Origin: an uncultured Chloroflexia bacterium
GTDB lineage: Bacteria; Chloroflexota; Anaerolineae; JAAYZQ01
Reading direction: 5' to 3'
NCBI GenBank assembly: GCA_963700285.1
Contig: CAVOXA010000010.1
Span: 1,760,001 to 1,824,000, forward strand
Length of the DNA stretch: 64,000 bases
Shown: positions 51,561 to 62,427 of the stretch, piece by piece
Layout: the number at the start of each line of letters is the position of its first letter
How positions within the stretch are numbered: position 1 is the stretch's first letter
Program-made: the position numbers and the translations under genes
The notes under the pieces: model-generated
Seen by the model: the letters and a program-made list of their open reading frames with translations, nothing else
Databases searched by the model: none
Told to the model about the DNA's origin: nothing

Positions 51561-52133
51561 CTACTGGGAGCCTGGTTTACACTCTCCACGGAAAAAGGCC
51601 CACTCCTCACATTCCGAGCCGTCAGGAAAGATACAGTAGCCTGCCTGGCCTGCCGCTTCGTCCCGGATCTCCAGCTCGTAGCCCTCGTCCGTACAGAATA
51701 CGGAGGCCGGATTGGGCATGCCGATAGGCGATTCGAAGGTGGTGTCTTTGGAGCCGCTCTCTGGCGCACACTCGCCATGGAAGAAGGCCCACTCCTCACA
51801 TTCGGAACCGTCAGGAAAGATGCAGTAGCCCACCTGGCCGGCGGCTTCGTCCCGTATCTCCAACTTGAAGCCCTGGTCTGTACAGAACACCGAGGCCGGG
51901 TTGGCCATGTCGGGCGGCGAATCAAAGGTCGTATCCGCTGGCGCCTCGGTGGAGCTGGCTCCGTCAGAGTCGGCTGTGCTGGCGCCTCGGTGGCGGACGC
52001 CTCAGTAGGAGGCACCTGGTAGTTACCATCGTTGGTGGCACACTCGTCGGCTCGGGGACCGGCTCTGCGCCGCAGCGGCTACGAGCAGCAGAACCCCAAC
52101 CAGGACGATGAGTCCAATGCGCGTCATACTCAT
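51561..52133 (-). CDS. DUF333 tandem-domain lipoprotein, frameshifted
   Basis: Two M(A/P)NPASVFC..GYCIFPDGSECEEWAFF.GEC repeats; signal peptide. Confidence 0.8.
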
Positions 52134-53683
52134 GACACCGCCAGGTGTTCGTCCATGCCCGGGATGGGCAGCTCGATCTGGCCGCCGCCCGCCCCCTTGA
52201 ATCGGCAGTCCACCTCGCAGGCCAGGCACTCCACGCAACGGCCTTTCTTGGCCTCTTCACGGGTGATATTCAGCTCCGGCAGTCCCTCGTCGTTCAGCGA
52301 CAGGATCTGGCGGGCACATTCCTGGACGCAGACCTTGCTCTCGCAGGTCGCGCAGATGCTGTGGTCGTAGGTGATGGTTCCACCGGTGACCGTCTCAAAC
52401 TGGTAGAGACGCGGCTCGCCTATCCGCTCCGGGTACCGGCCGCTGCTTGGGCGTCACCAACTGGCCCTCGCGGATCAGCGCATCCAGGCGCTGGGCGCAG
52501 AAGTCGGGCGAGTCGTCCTTCCTGTAGCCCTCAACCGGCGCGGGCACCCAACCGTTGAGCCACTCCAGGATCTCGACAGCCTTGTCCTCGCTGTTGCCGC
52601 CCAGGCGGATCACCACCGGTACGTCGATCTGTTCTTCCAGAAAGGCCTTGACAAAGCCCCGCGCCGAGTGGAACTGTTCCTGGCTGGCCACGCCCGAGCC
52701 CGAACCAAAGTAACCGTCGACTGGGTCCGGAGGCCAGGACGATGCGGGCGGCGCGGTAGACTTTGCTGGCCGGTGGGTTGCCGCTGGTATCCACAAAGGT
52801 GGCCAGCTGGTAGCCCTGGCGCAGCACGGCATCCATGCTCATCATCGAGCCACCTCCGCCGGCGCCGTGAAAGCCGACATAGCCGTCGCCCTTCTCAAAG
52901 CCCTCGGCCATCTGGATAAAGTAGAAGGTGCCGCGATAGTCGTTGGCCTCGACGTCGTAGGCGATCTTTTCCAGAGCGGTGGGCGGGCGGTCGTATTCGC
53001 GGGCGATGCCGATGCCCAGGTCCTTGTGGCGGAAGACGCCATAGTCATCCACCGTGATGCGGCAGTCGGCGGCCATCAGGCTGCCGTCGGTCAGTTGCAC
53101 CAGGGGGTTGATCTCGGCCGCGCGGGCGTCGTACTCTTGTGCCACCTGGAAGAGGTTCATCAGCACGCCGCCCAGTCTGCAGTTGCAGCTTGCCGCCGAT
53201 GCCGGTCCGGCGCACCAGGTCCCGCGCCTGGAAATCCAGCAGCCCGGTGCCGACGTCGACGTGCATCCGCGCCACCCGGTCGGGGTGCTCCACGGCGATC
53301 TCTTCGATGCCGGTGCCCCCCACGCTGGAAAAGATGATCAGCGGCTGCTGGGCGGCGTCATCGATGATGACCCCGGCGTAGAACTCGCGGGCGATCTCGA
53401 CCCGCTGCTCGACCAGCACCTCCTGCACGACAAAGTTCTTGACCTTCATGCCCAGCATGTGCCGGGCTGCTTCCTCGGCCTGGGCCGGGTTGCTGGCCTT
53501 TTTGATGCCCCCCAGCCCGGCGCGGCCCGTGACCCAGGCCTGGGCCTTGACCATGACCTCGCCGCCGAGTTCCTCAGCGATCTGGCAGGCTTCCTCCGGG
53601 GTGCGGGCTACGCCCCCCTTGGGAATCGGGATCTTGAACTGCTTGAGCAGTTCCTTGCCTTGGTACTCGTGTAATCGTGCCAT
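52130..53683 (-). CDS. SucC-like ATP-grasp CoA ligase beta subunit with C-terminal ferredoxin-like domain, frameshifted
   Basis: RLHEYQGKELL, VKAQ..GRA..GG, EINPL, GAGGGGSM, RLGGN; C-terminal C..C....C...C and CVECLACEVDC. Confidence 0.85.
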
Positions 53684-53816
53684 GTTTCCCTCCAACTTGC
53701 CGGATTGCTACGCAATTGGATACGAGGCTTGATTGTCAGGCATTCACTAGTCGTAGCTGTCATGACTGTTCGTCAAACGCAATGCGTCGGCCGTCAAACA
53801 TCAGTCGTCCGTGTCC

Positions 53817-54452
53817 TCATGCATCGTCCACTGCTGGCAATTCCCGCTGGACCTGGGCGAGAAAGCGTCCATGAAGGCGACGCGGTCCTGGGCCATCTGG
53901 CGGGCTGTGTCGGTGTTAAGACAGTCGAGCCAGCTTCTCTGGGCCGAGAATCTGGTCGGAGCAGGTTGCCAGCGACCAAGGGTCGCCGTTCACCTCAAAG
54001 GGTGCGGCGGGGTCGTAGGGCGGCAGGTGGCTCTTGCTCATAAAGGCGCGCATGATGCCGATGGCGCCCAGGCCGTCCAGCATGTCGGCGTCGCGCAGGA
54101 CGCGGAGCAGGGGCGTGTCGGCGCGCTGGCTGTTGTGCCAGCGGATGGCGTGCAGCACGGCCTCGCGCTCGTCGCCGGTCAGGGGCAGGCCGGCCAGCAG
54201 CGGTTCGGCCAGGATTGCTGACCTGGCCCCGTGCTCATCCTCCGGTCCGGGCTGGGTGCGGCCGACGTCGTGGAGCAGGGCTGCCAGCTCGGCCAGCAAG
54301 GGATCCACGCCCTCGGCCGGGGCCAGGATGCGGATGTGATGGCGGACGCGGTCCGTGTGGAGCCAGCCGTGGGCGATGCCACCGCCTGCCTCCAGTTTTT
54401 CGCGCACCCAGGTTTGGACCGCCGTCAAAACGGTCTCTTGCACTGTTGTCAT
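53817..54452 (-). CDS. HD-domain phosphohydrolase, frameshifted
   Basis: HGWLH..RV, LLHDVGR, IRWH, DADMLDGLGAIG. Confidence 0.8.
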
Positions 54453-54487
54453 TACTCCGGACCCTGCGCTGTGTGCTGAAACGGCAT

Positions 54488-54586
54488 AGACCTGACAGGT
54501 TTTCTCCAGATCTGGCAGCTGCCGCACCCGGGACAACTCTCTTGAGCCATCCTGTCTTGGGTGTTGGGCAAAAACCTGTCAGGTCT
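54488..54586. repeat. REPIN-like inverted pair of short palindromes
   Basis: AGACCTGACAGGTTTT ... AAAACCTGTCAGGTCT. Confidence 0.7.
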
Positions 54587-54588
54587 TG

Positions 54589-55694
54589 TCACGATAAACC
54601 ATACTCGACGTTCAGGTCGGCACTGATCTGCTTCAGGCTGGCCTCGACCTTGGCCTCCAGCGGGATGCCATGCTCGGCGCGGCGGTCGGCCTCTTCGAAT
54701 TCTTTCTCGCCGTGGACATAGATGCGTTCCGCGCCCTCGGCCAGGTTGCCGCCCTTCAGTTCGCGGATCATGGCGTCCATGTCGGCCTTGAAGTCATCCG
54801 CTGCCCGGAAGGCATCGATGCGCCAGGCGCCGAAAGAAGTGGCCCAGGTCGGCAGGCAGTGCTTTGCCAGCGCCGTCCTTGGGATAGACTGAGGTCAGGA
54901 AGGCGGCGCCGGGCAGAACCGCCGAGAGGATCTCGACCATAAGGCCCATGCCGTAGCCCTTGTAGCCGCTGAACTCCTCGCCGGCGCCGCCCAGGGGCAG
55001 CAGGCCGCCGCCGGCGCGCCGGACAAAGTTGTCCAGGACCTGGCCCGCGTCTGGCCGTCGGCACCCCACGCTCGTCGGTGGCCCAGCCCAGGGGCATGGC
55101 TTTCTCCTGCCGGTGATAGACCTCCAGCTTGCCCCGGGGGACCGTGCTGGTGGCCATGTCCATGACGAAGGGGCGTTCTTCGCCGGCCGGCACGGCCAGG
55201 GCGATGGGGTTGGTGCCGTACATGGCATCGCGGCCAAAGGTGGGCACCACCAGGACAGCGGCGTTGGTGGTCGAGATGCCGATCATGTCCTCTTCCAGGG
55301 CCATCATGGCATAGTAGCCGGCGATGCCATAGTGGTTGCTGTTGCGCACGGTGGCAAACCCGCAGCCATACTCCCGGGCCTTTTCGATGACCATGGTCAT
55401 GGCCCGGTGGCTGACCGGCTGTCCCAGTCCCGCGCCGGCATCCAGGGTGACGGTGGTCGGCGTTTCGACGACGACCTTTTCTTCGGGCTGGGCGACCATA
55501 ACGCCGTCGCGCAGGCCATTCACATAGCGGGCCAGCCGGGCCACACCGTGCGAGTCGATGCCCCGCAGGTTGGCCTGGATCAGGACGTCGGCGGTGATCC
55601 GGGCATCCTCCGGGGACACACCCATCTTTTCAAAGACCCGGACGCAGTATGCCTGCAGCGCCTCCGGATGAACGATGCTGCTTATGTCTGCCAT
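54589..55694 (-). CDS. Ldh_2-family (malate/L-lactate-type) oxidoreductase, frameshifted
   Basis: GIDSHGV, NSNHYG, GTNPIA, DMATS, PLGG...YKGYG. Confidence 0.9.
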
Positions 55695-55997
55695 CGTGAC
55701 TCTTTGCCTCCCTTGCTAACCTACACGGAGCTTGCCGGACGGGTCAGGCGCCGGCAGCGGAAAAGCAAAAGGGGGTCGCCAGGGAGGCGGCTGTCGCTTC
55801 CCTGTTTCCCCCGTTCGGTTCATGCGTCGCTCTTGGGCTTCGTTGCCATGGGCGTGCTCTCGCTGGGCGAGCAGTCTCCCGCCGGTTGAGGCCAGCTGGA
55901 ATGCTCCTCCATCTTTCTCCTGCTCGTGGCGTCGCGGGGGCTATTATAGCATGGCCTGAGGCAGGTTGACAACTTTTGGCTGGGTAGTGGTAGGGGA

Positions 55998-56903
55998 TTA
56001 GTTTGATTCAGCAGGCAGCTCTCCGCCTTCGCCCTCCAGCACACGCTTGAGGGCGGCGATGGCTACCTCCAGCATGGAGCTGTCGGGCTCGCGGGTGGTC
56101 AGGCTCTGCAGGGCCAGGTTGGGCTTGGCGACGACCCGAATGACAGGGTTGGTGCGGTGGCGGTTGGTGAACTTTATCCATTCATAGGCGATGCCGGCCA
56201 CGACGGGGATAAGCACGATGCGCGATAGGATGCGCAGGGGCAAGGGCGGGCGACCCAGCAGGGAAAAGACAAGGATGGAGATGACCATGACCGACAGCAG
56301 GAAGGCGGTACCGCAGCGGTAGTGGGAGGTGGAGTATCGGGCCACGCTGTCAGGCGTCAGGTGGGCGCCGTCCTCGTAGGCGTTGATGGTCTTGTGCTCG
56401 GCGCCGTGATAGCCAAAGACGCGGCTGATATCGGCCACGCGGCCGATAAGCCAGATATAGACGATAAAGATGATCATGCGGATGGCGCCCTCGATGATGT
56501 TGCTGGCAAAGGAGGATGCAATAAAACGGTCGATGAGGCCCACCAGCAGGAGGGGGACCACGAAAAAGAGACCGATGCCCAAGGCAAAGGACACGGCCAC
56601 CGTGCCCCAGGCGACGGGGCCGCTGAATTCGACCTCTTCGTCTTCGCCCAGGGCCACTTCGGCCGAAAACATCAGGGTGCGAATGCCGAGGACCAGGACG
56701 TCCCACAGGCTGGTGAGGGCGCGCAGAAATGGAATCTTGCTGATGGAGCCGGTATAGATGTGGGGGTTCAGGTCCTCGGTGTGGATGATGACCTCGCCGT
56801 CGGGCTGGCGCACGGCCACAGCCATGGAACTGGCGCCGCGCATCATGACGCCTTCCATGACGGCCTGGCCGCCGTAGCTGAAATCACTCTTTTTTTCTGT
56901 CAA
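55998..56903 (-). CDS. DUF1385 membrane protein
   Basis: YGGQAVMEGVMMR, YHGAEHK, RCGTAF, LTTREP. Confidence 0.92.
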   Translation of the reverse strand: MTEKKSDFSYGGQAVMEGVMMRGASSMAVAVRQPDGEVIIHTEDLNPHIYTGSISKIPFLRALTSLWDVLVLGIRTLMFSAEVALGEDEEVEFSGPVAWGTVAVSFALGIGLFFVVPLLLVGLIDRFIASSFASNIIEGAIRMIIFIVYIWLIGRVADISRVFGYHGAEHKTINAYEDGAHLTPDSVARYSTSHYRCGTAFLLSVMVISILVFSLLGRPPLPLRILSRIVLIPVVAGIAYEWIKFTNRHRTNPVIRVVAKPNLALQSLTTREPDSSMLEVAIAALKRVLEGEGGELPAESN

Positions 56904-57294
56904 TGTGGCTGCTCATTTCTATTTTTGGTATCAACGACCCGTCAAACCGGTCTAGGCCATAGGGCCCCAGACACTGGACCTCGGCCAGGCAGCGGGCTGC
57001 TATGGCCAGCAGGTGGTCGACATCGACGCCCATGCAGGCCGGGGCAAAGGGCTCCAGGTAGCCGGCGCCCCGTACCAGCAGCGTGCAGACGGGGCGGTAG
57101 CGAGCTCTTTTGAGGTGGTGGAAGGCGACGCCGATCTGGAGGATGCCCTGGTAGAGGCGGCGGATGGGACGCGGTTCGGCCATCCACAGGTCTTCCAGCG
57201 TCTCGTGGCACTCGAAAAAGAGGCCCTGGTTGAATTGCTCGAAGGCGACGGCCAGCTCCGGTGGCGGCTGCTCGCGGCAAGCATCGGCTGACAT
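56884..57294 (-). CDS. DUF309 protein
   Basis: FNQGLFFECHETLEDLW..YQGILQ. Confidence 0.85.
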   Translation of the reverse strand: MSADACREQPPPELAVAFEQFNQGLFFECHETLEDLWMAEPRPIRRLYQGILQIGVAFHHLKRARYRPVCTLLVRGAGYLEPFAPACMGVDVDHLLAIAARCLAEVQCLGPYGLDRFDGSLIPKIEMSSHIDRKKE

Positions 57295-57587
57295 GCGGCA
57301 ATTATACTCGGAAATGGGAGGTTGGGCAAGCGGGGATAGGCTGAGGGGACAGTGGCAGGTGGGCGGTTGCGGCTCCCGGTGACTCATGCAGCAAATCGGG
57401 TCTCCCTCGTCGTTGGTTGTTGCTGGGCCACAGCCTGACACACCGGCCGTCGATGCGTGGACTGTAGTCCACGTAGCGTGGATGATGGGCAAAAAAGGCG
57501 CGCGAACGGCTTGATAAAAAAACCTGCCAGGCAAGCCTGACAGGTACACTTGTCACCAGACAGATAAGTGGTGGTGACCTCACTTTG

Positions 57588-57872
57588 TCATAGCGTGCCC
57601 TGGTCGACTTCCTCCAGCCAACTGACCTCCGGTTCTCCAATCACCCCGGCGGCTTCCATCGCGTGGCGCAGGTCTGGGCTGGCGAAATAGGCGTGGGCGT
57701 TGTCCAGGCTGTCCCACTCAAAGAGCATAGTCAAGTTGTTGGGGTCGCCGGCCGGATGAAAGATCTGCCACGTCTTTTCACCACCAGCTCGCCGTATGCT
57801 AATTGCGCTGTCGAACCCGTTTTTCCAGGCAGCATAGTCTTTGACTTTGTGACGGGCAAGTATGTATGCCAT
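57588..57872 (-). CDS. Small cyclase/ABM-like protein
   Basis: HKVKDYAAWK.GFD..FASPDLRHAMEAAGV. Confidence 0.75.
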   Translation of the reverse strand: MAYILARHKVKDYAAWKNGFDSAISIRRAGGEKTWQIFHPAGDPNNLTMLFEWDSLDNAHAYFASPDLRHAMEAAGVIGEPEVSWLEEVDQGTL

Positions 57873-58054
57873 CGCCAAGTTCTCCCTTCGTGCTGATGTT
57901 TACGGGTATTAGGATACACCCATCCTTATCATTTGTCAAGTTAATGTTCCATAAAAATCATATAAATTAGAACTTGACTGCCTAGTGATGGTCGGAAGAG
58001 CGGCTGAGCATTGAATCTGGTCACGGGCGACTGACCCACGCGATGTAGGGCTCA

Positions 58055-58163
58055 GCCGGGTATGACTTGAGCCGGATGCCCATAACCTGGCTCTGTCAGG
58101 GGTATAGCCTCGAATGGCCCGGGAGGTCGGAGGCAGACGATGTCCCCAACCTGTGACGGTTCC
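58055..58163 (+). mobile_element. Right-end remnant of the IS at 32187-34745
   Basis: AGYDLSRMPITWLCQGYSLE..DVPNL* + CGGTTCC matches the transposase C-terminus AGYDLGNMPMNWLCRGHSLE..HVPNL*. Confidence 0.85.
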
Positions 58164-58262
58164 ACCTGGCAATTTCGTCATACATAAAATTCTGTGGTAT
58201 AATCAAGGCAGGTTGCCGCAGCCAGGCGCACAGGCGGAGATTGACCCGGGAGGAGGGTAACC

Positions 58263-60155
58263 ATGTCTGGCAAGGTAGCATGGCTCGTCGTTCTGGCCGT
58301 GATTGCGTTGCTGCTGTCAGCCGCGGGTCATCCTGGGCACGCTGCTGTCCCGGTGCTGCCGGCAGACTCCGCGAGACCCAGCCCGGTTCGCCTATCGCCC
58401 GCCTGGACGCCAAAAATGAGCCCTCCCGAGCCGGTTACGGGCACCGGCCACGACGCCAGATGGCCCGACGTGGCCTACAACTCCACCTACAACCAGTACC
58501 TGGTCGTCTGGAAGGGGGGCAAGAGCATCTGGGGCCGGCGGGTGGACGGCCGCGGCAAGCCATGGGGAAACGTATTCGAAATCGCCAGCGGTCCTACCTC
58601 CGGCGACGGGCGCCCTCGGGTAGCCTTTGACACCCAGCGCAACCGCTACCTGGTAATCTGGGGCCGCGCCGATGGGCTGGCCTACCAGATGTACGGGCGT
58701 TTTGTTCCTTGGGACGGCCCCGACCCGGCGCTCGTCCCCTTTGCCATCGACCCTTCCAAGCCGGCGAGTACGCAGGTCTATGCCCTGGCCTATGGTTCCT
58801 CGCCAGACGAGTTCTTGGTCGTGTGGGTGAACAGAGATGCGGGCTCAACCCGGGATATGGTTGCCGGACGCCGGGTCAAAGCCGGCGGCGGCTTTCCCAT
58901 GGGCACTTTCGTGATCGCTGCCGGCAGCCTGGACAACCGGGGCAATCCCGACGTGGCCTACAACGCCCAGCGCAACCAATACCTGGTCGTCTACGACGAC
59001 TACCCCAAGGTAAACGAAAACATCTACGGCAAGCGGCTGTCGGCGACAGGTATCCCGATAGCCGGGGGCGAGTTTGCCATCGCTGACTGGCCTGGCGACG
59101 AAATCGACCCCGCCGTCGCCAGCTGCCCCGCCACGGACCAATACCTGGTCGCCTGGCACGGAATCCCAACGCCGGGGGATGGGGTCTGGGCTCGCTTCGT
59201 TTCCGGGCTTGGCGGGCTGGGCAGCATGGTAACCCTCGACGAATTCCCATGGTGGAGTTATCATTATCCCCTGGACCTGGCCTGCGGCGTGACAGAACTG
59301 GAAATGGAAGATCCACGCTACCTGGTCACCTGGAGCACAAGCTTCGACCTGGACGGGACCAGCTACGCCCGGGAGATACTGACCACCGGGTCGCAGAGCG
59401 ACGAGGTCCAGATTGACAGATGGACCGGGGCTATCGCCGTCGCAGGAGGCGCCATCAACCATCTGGTCGCTTGGGAAACCAGCGGGAGTGACTATGATGG
59501 CTATACAGATATCTACGCCCGCATCGTCGGCAATACCATACCCAAGGCATCCTTCACCGTCACCCCGGGAGACGCGCCTAGCACCACCGTCTTTGCCTTT
59601 GACGCTTCGGCCAGCAACGATGCCACCGACCCTCCGAGCCAACTCCAGGTACGCTGGGACTGGGGCGACGGCGACCACACCACCTGGAGCCGCGACCGGA
59701 CCGCCACCCACAAATTCCCCCTGGACCCTGGCTACATCCTGAACCTCTACAGGGTGGAGCTGGAGGTGACCGATGGGACCGGGCCCACTACGACAGACAC
59801 GACCTCCACAGTCGTACTGGTCCGCAATGCCCCGCCCACCGCCGCCTTCACCGTCCAACCCGCCACGGGCAACACGCTTACGACCTTCCACTTCGACGCC
59901 TCGGGCAGCGCCGACCCCGAGGGCGGCGCGCTGGAGGTACGCTGGGATTGGAACAACGACGGCGCCTACGACACTGCCTGGAGCGCGACCAAGATAGCAT
60001 CACATGCCTTTGGCCAGACCGGCATTCATATCATCCGTGCCCAGGTACGGGATCCCGTCCAACTGACCGGCGTAACGACCCGCAACGTGTACGTCAGCGA
60101 AGGGGGCGCCCCGTCGCGGGCCTACCTGCCCCTCATCTCCCGCAAACAACCCTAG
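58263..60155 (+). CDS. Secreted repeat protein with two PKD domains
   Basis: Signal peptide, PDVAYN...YLVVW repeats, FDAS.S.D..WDW PKD motifs, C-terminal YLPLISR. Confidence 0.85.
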   Translation: MSGKVAWLVVLAVIALLLSAAGHPGHAAVPVLPADSARPSPVRLSPAWTPKMSPPEPVTGTGHDARWPDVAYNSTYNQYLVVWKGGKSIWGRRVDGRGKPWGNVFEIASGPTSGDGRPRVAFDTQRNRYLVIWGRADGLAYQMYGRFVPWDGPDPALVPFAIDPSKPASTQVYALAYGSSPDEFLVVWVNRDAGSTRDMVAGRRVKAGGGFPMGTFVIAAGSLDNRGNPDVAYNAQRNQYLVVYDDYPKVNENIYGKRLSATGIPIAGGEFAIADWPGDEIDPAVASCPATDQYLVAWHGIPTPGDGVWARFVSGLGGLGSMVTLDEFPWWSYHYPLDLACGVTELEMEDPRYLVTWSTSFDLDGTSYAREILTTGSQSDEVQIDRWTGAIAVAGGAINHLVAWETSGSDYDGYTDIYARIVGNTIPKASFTVTPGDAPSTTVFAFDASASNDATDPPSQLQVRWDWGDGDHTTWSRDRTATHKFPLDPGYILNLYRVELEVTDGTGPTTTDTTSTVVLVRNAPPTAAFTVQPATGNTLTTFHFDASGSADPEGGALEVRWDWNNDGAYDTAWSATKIASHAFGQTGIHIIRAQVRDPVQLTGVTTRNVYVSEGGAPSRAYLPLISRKQP

Positions 60156-60407
60156 CTGCCAGCCCAACCAAGGCATGACACCCTACTTTTGTGCAAGAAT
60201 CGGGTGTCAGGTCTGGACGTACACAGCATCGAATTAGGAATCAAACCAATCTTGCCGGCCCCTTGGTCACAGCCATTCGTTCCTTTCTCAATTCGTTGTA
60301 GTCTCCAAAGACCTGTGATATAATCCGGACACAGAGCCAGTAGAACCTACCGGGATCACAAACCCCAATGCCGTCGATCGTCATCATAGCTGTCTAAAAG
60401 AGGACCC

Positions 60408-61208
60408 ATGGCCCCAACAGAACCGATTCGCGATCCAGAAAATGCCGAACATAGATCCCTACAACCCTACTTCCCCCAAGCGCAAGACCGTGTCCTCGAC
60501 ATCGGCTGCGGCGACGGCAGGCTGACCTGGCTCCTTGCCCGCACCGCCGCCCTCGCAGCCGGCATCGACATCGACCTGGACGAACTCCGAAAAGCGCCAG
60601 GCGCGCGCCTCGATGCAGTCTCCGCCGCAGTCTGCTTTCCAGCGGCATCCAGCGAAGCCATGCCCTTTGCCAGCCGCTCCTTCGACCTGGCCACCTTCAC
60701 TTGGTCCCTCTGATGAGTTCCCCCTGAGGGCATGGTCCATGCCCTGGCAGAGACCTGGCGTGTGCTCAAACCCGGAGGCAGGTTGATCGACCTCCGCCCC
60801 TATTCCTCAGGCTGGCCCCTCGAGGTCTTCACCCTGGACACACAGATCCTCGCCGGCCCCCTCGACGATTCTATCGGTATAGCCTTGGACATCGCCTCTA
60901 ACAACGCCATCCTGGAGGCCCTCCAAAACGGCTGGTTCCAGGCAGAAACCAAGACTACCTTCGAATACACCTACTACTGGCACACAGTCGACGACATGCA
61001 CGACTACCTACAAGAAAACTGGCAAAAGTCAGCGACCGTCCCCGAGCCCATCCTCTCCAAAGCCCGTCGCCTCGTCCAGTCTACCACCGAACCCACCCAG
61101 ATCCGCATCCGCAGGAGCATGACCCTAGCCAGCTACAGAAGCCCAGCGACCGCCACTAGCCGCCCGTATCCAGCCCCCGACCACATCCCCAGAAAGTCCT
61201 TCAGCTGA
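60408..61208 (+). CDS. Class I SAM-dependent methyltransferase with in-frame TGA-TGA (putative Sec-Sec)
   Basis: VLDIGCGDG ... FTWSL**VPPEGMVHALAETWRVLKPGG, all in one frame; SECIS-like hairpin downstream. Confidence 0.78.
60724..60750 (+). promoter_or_regulatory. Candidate bacterial SECIS element
   Basis: AGGGCATG-GTC-CATGCCCT perfect stem starting 10 nt after the second TGA. Confidence 0.65.
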
Positions 61209-61354
61209 GATGTCGGTGGGGGGTTGTGGGCGGCCCAATTATATGATCCATAGAGGTCTCTTTGGGGACAGATTGAGTGATCCCCTGCCGGTAGGCCAGA
61301 GTCTTCTGGCCTGAAGAGGCTCTATCCTGATCATTTAATGTGGCCGGTAGCAAC

Positions 61355-61517
61355 CCCTTCTCCCGCGATGCCAGGCCGGAGATTCGAGGCAAGTGCCCTC
61401 TACAACTGGCTGGGTACGACCTAAGCTGCATGCCGATGACCTGGTTGTGTCGGGGATTCAGCCTGGAACGGCCGATGAAACTGGACGGCGCAGATGTCCC
61501 CAGCCTGTGACGGTTCC
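61355..61517 (+). mobile_element. Second right-end remnant of the IS at 32187-34745
   Basis: PFSRDARPEIRGKCPLQLAGYDLSCMPMTWLCRGFSLE..DVPSL* + CGGTTCC. Confidence 0.87.
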
Positions 61518-61698
61518 TCCTGTACATTATCATTTTTGCGCAACCTATGGTATAATGAGGTTGCGGCTTGCAGTATCAGTGGAGATGGCTGCCATCCTAG
61601 GTGGCTGCATGTGATGGAAAAGGGGGTGATCCATACAGAACGAAGCGGGATAGCTGGCATAGGAACTGGCGGAAGACTCTATTTGAGAAAGGAGGCGC

Positions 61699-62427
61699 TT
61701 GATGGATGGAATTGTCGGTTCCCTTCGGCTGGGATGGAATGCATTGCTCTTCAAAGAAGACGCCTATGAAGAGATGGCTGCATCCACCAGCCCGGTCGTC
61801 AAGGGACTCATCTTTATCGTCGTCGTAGGCGTGATAATCGCCATATGTGGCCTTGTCGGTACTGGCCTCGAGTGGGCCAGTATTCCGGATATGGGCGAGA
61901 TCCAGGACACGGTCTTTTTCTACATGAAACAAATGCCCTGGTGGGACATGCTTGCCCAGGAAGATCCCATGGCCCTGGCGCGATTCGAGGAGTGGTACCA
62001 ACGTGGCTGGGATATCTTTCCCCAGCTGTTCGGTGCCCCGAACATGGGTTCCGCGGCGCTTGGGATCATCACCGTCCCACTGGCTTTGCTCTTCCGCTGG
62101 TTGATCTATGGCCTGCTAGCCTATCTGTTCGCCCGCTGGCTGGGTGGATCCGGCAGCCTGAGCAAGACGTTGGGTGTACTGGCCCTGGCGGTCGCGCCCC
62201 AGGTGCTAAACGTGTTGACGATCATACCATTTTTGCAGGTGGGTAGTATTGTCGCTGTGTGGGGCGTCCTGTGCGCCTATTACGGCCTAAAGACTGCCCA
62301 CAACCTATCGTGGACGCGGGCCGCATGGGCTACGCTGCTGCCCTTCCTCCTGGTCGTGGTCGTATTGATCCTGATGGGATGCTTCGGTTCGGCCATTCTA
62401 GGTATGGCGCTAGGAGGTCAGTCATGA
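61699..62427 (+). CDS. Yip1-family membrane protein
   Basis: Five-TM pattern, LFARWLGGSG..LALAVAP. Confidence 0.75.
   Translation: MMDGIVGSLRLGWNALLFKEDAYEEMAASTSPVVKGLIFIVVVGVIIAICGLVGTGLEWASIPDMGEIQDTVFFYMKQMPWWDMLAQEDPMALARFEEWYQRGWDIFPQLFGAPNMGSAALGIITVPLALLFRWLIYGLLAYLFARWLGGSGSLSKTLGVLALAVAPQVLNVLTIIPFLQVGSIVAVWGVLCAYYGLKTAHNLSWTRAAWATLLPFLLVVVVLILMGCFGSAILGMALGGQS

Noticed and set aside
58030-58215. Shared intergenic sequence at 58.1 kb and 61.4 kb as a riboswitch or ncRNA
   Set aside because: It translates to the C-terminus of the 32194-34692 transposase, so it is an IS remnant.
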